Origin: Neodothiora populina
Lineage: Eukaryota
NCBI RefSeq assembly: GCF_041146345.1
Contig: NW_027191405.1
Coordinates: forward strand, 868,001 to 932,000
Direction: 5' to 3'
DNA length: 64,000 bases
Shown here: positions 63,412 to 64,000 of the stretch, in pieces
Layout of the letters: every line of letters starts with the position of its first letter
Numbering within the stretch: position 1 is the first letter of the stretch
Made by a program: the position numbers and the translations under genes
Notes under the pieces: generated by a model
The model's database searches: none
Told to the model about the DNA's origin: nothing
What the model saw: only the letters and a program-made list of their open reading frames with translations

Positions 63412-64000
63412 TCATGCAAGTTTAAGGTTATTATGCTCCGGATTGAACCACTCTCTTACAAGAGCTTCGAGAACCTCTTCTGCTGCAGCTTTCGCCTCTT
63501 GCGGCGTCGAGGCGCTGCCTTCAATGTAAAGCTTGATCTTCGGCTCCGTGCCGGAACCTCGTACCGTGAACTGCACATGTCCTTCGACTTCACAACTGAT
63601 CATTTGAGATGACGCATCAACCGGCAGAAGTGGTTTTTGGTCTGGTGTGCCCGTATCCAATCCGACAGTAAGATCACGCCAACGGAGAATAGACCGCTTT
63701 CCCACAACGCTCGGTCTGTTCTCGCGTATCTCGCTGAACACAGTATTCGTGATGTCTGGCGATGGTGATATCAAATAAGTGTTGGCCTCTTCAAAATAGC
63801 CATATTCACGACAGAGTTGCTGATACTTTGACCACGGAGTCAAGCCAGAGTCATGCCATTTATGACATGCAGCCAGAAACACAGTGGCTGCGCTGACACC
63901 GTCCTTGTCAAAGACACCGGCTTCGCTGAACATGTAGCCGATTGCTTCCTCGTAGGCGTAAAGTGCGTCATACCCAGCAGCGTGGAGATCCTGAGCTTTG
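63412..64000 (-). CDS. Phosphoglucomutase-2/phosphopentomutase (yeast Prm15/Pgm3-like), 3' part only; gene runs off the window
   Basis: YAYEEAIGYM, DKDGVSAA, WRDLTVG, TVRGSGTEPKIKLYIE. Confidence 0.9.
   Translation of the reverse strand, partial: KAQDLHAAGYDALYAYEEAIGYMFSEAGVFDKDGVSAATVFLAACHKWHDSGLTPWSKYQQLCREYGYFEEANTYLISPSPDITNTVFSEIRENRPSVVGKRSILRWRDLTVGLDTGTPDQKPLLPVDASSQMISCEVEGHVQFTVRGSGTEPKIKLYIEGSASTPQEAKAAAEEVLEALVREWFNPEHNNLKLA

Noticed and set aside
63412..63430. Cryptic peroxisomal targeting by C-terminal tripeptide or stop readthrough (PGM ends KLA; several other stops checked)
   Set aside because: KLA is not a PTS1 consensus, and none of the stop codons checked has the TGA-CTA readthrough context

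Overview
Eukaryotic, intron-containing genomic DNA from a filamentous ascomycete (Pezizomycotina; Dothideomycete-like is a guess). It has short GT-AG introns with CTRAC branch sites and about 50% GC. About 22 protein-coding genes can be reconstructed, left to right: Yfl054-like aquaglyceroporin, eIF2D/Tma64, RNase H1, Rab2-like GTPase, LOG-family phosphoribohydrolase, a stand-alone GH3/Ngs1 second-domain-like protein, Crt10, a serine palmitoyltransferase small subunit, mitochondrial release factor C12orf65/Rso55, an unnamed Ser/Pro-rich protein, a GNAT, Sec16, Neo1, secreted GH43, a small HTH/Myb-like protein, GH53 galactanase, Rad57, FacC/Yat1 carnitine acetyltransferase, an unnamed 4-TM protein, an MCT-type MFS transporter, an Rrt8/Lds EI24-like protein and the 3' part of a PGM2-type phosphomutase. 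I found no tRNA, rRNA, CRISPR or intact transposon. The best lead is the unnamed gene at 21924-23448. It has a Dig1/Far1-type MAPK docking motif, many SP/TP sites, a C-terminus reminiscent of Dig proteins and two perfect Ste12 pheromone-response elements upstream, so it is a candidate Ste12 negative-feedback regulator. Other leads are the stand-alone Ngs1/Nag3-like domain, a GH43-HTH-GH53 trio and several non-canonical splice features. All family assignments come from motif recognition by eye; no searches were run.
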